A stretch of DNA of 32,000 nt from Burkholderiales bacterium GJ-E10 (GTDB lineage Bacteria > Pseudomonadota > Gammaproteobacteria > Burkholderiales > Burkholderiaceae_F), in the NCBI GenBank assembly GCA_000828975.1, contig AP014683.1:1537700-1569699 (forward strand). Direction: 5' to 3'. Numbering within the stretch: position 1 is the first letter of the stretch; each line of letters begins with the position of its first letter. The position numbers and the translations under genes were made by a program. Below the pieces are notes generated by a model. It did no database searches. It was not told where the DNA came from and was given only the letters and a program-made list of their open reading frames with translations. This document shows positions 31,611 through 32,000 of this stretch, in pieces.

Positions 31611-32000
31611 TGCGGAACATGGCCACGGATGCCGCCAATTCGTCCGCCTGAGCCTGCAGGCTGCGCGCAGCGGCCGACCCTTGCTCGACCAGCCCCGCGT
31701 TCTGCTGTGTTACGCGATCGAGCTGCGCCACCGCCTGATTGACCTGGCCGATATCGCTATTCTGCTCCGCGCTCGCGCGCGCGACCTCGCCCAGGAGCTC
31801 GGTCACGCGCTGCACCTGCGCAACCAACTCGTGCAGGGTGTCCCGGGCAGCCGAAACCGTCTGCGCTCCCTTCTCGATCCTGCCGGTCGAATGCGAAATC
31901 AGGCACTTGATCTCCTGGGCCGCCTGTGCACAGCGTTGGGCAAGATTGCGCACCTCGGCGGCGACCACCGCGAATCCCCGGCCATGCGCGCCGGCGCGCG
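31588..32000 (-). CDS. Methyl-accepting chemotaxis protein, C-terminal part; runs off the right edge
   Basis: Reverse-strand HGRGFAVVAAEVRNLAQRCAQAAQEIKCLI...ASAEQNSDIGQVNQAVAQLDRVTQQNAGLVEQGSAAARSL: MCP signalling-domain C-terminus. Confidence 0.93.
   Translation of the reverse strand, partial: RAGAHGRGFAVVAAEVRNLAQRCAQAAQEIKCLISHSTGRIEKGAQTVSAARDTLHELVAQVQRVTELLGEVARASAEQNSDIGQVNQAVAQLDRVTQQNAGLVEQGSAAARSLQAQADELAASVAMFRISASAFA

Overview
The window looks like ordinary core chromosome from a high-GC autotrophic proteobacterium, probably a betaproteobacterium judging by gene order and protein resemblance. Left to right it holds:
- the 5' end of a form I RuBisCO large subunit gene (cbbL, - strand, running off the left edge) divergent from cbbR;
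- an intact IS5-type element, then msrB and clpB;
- an alaC-hom-thrC operon;
- a Mth938-like gene, prxQ/bcp and a PIN-PhoH ATPase gene;
- the rpsF-priB-rpsR-rplI-dnaB block, a HDOD-domain gene and nnrD;
- ppiD, a PAS-GGDEF gene, tRNA-Asp, tRNA-Val, hupB, lon, clpX, clpP and tig;
- a small Gly/Asp-rich protein gene, tRNA-Leu, a divergent squalene/phytoene-synthase-family gene, and the 3' end of a chemoreceptor gene.
I found no CRISPR array, prophage, defence island or clearly new multi-gene system. The observations most worth a second look are: (1) an IS5-type insertion exactly in the 4-bp CTAA where the cbbR and msrB stop codons overlapped, with the duplication restoring both stops; (2) a 15/19 Fur-box-like site upstream of the membrane PAS-PAS-GGDEF gene; (3) an HpnD-like protein whose first Asp-rich catalytic motif is degenerate; (4) good sigma-32-type promoters upstream of clpB and lon, the first with an overlapping inverted/tandem repeat; (5) a 63-aa Gly/Asp-rich small ORF with a good RBS and a strong hairpin downstream. 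All names come from reading the supplied translations; no database search was run.
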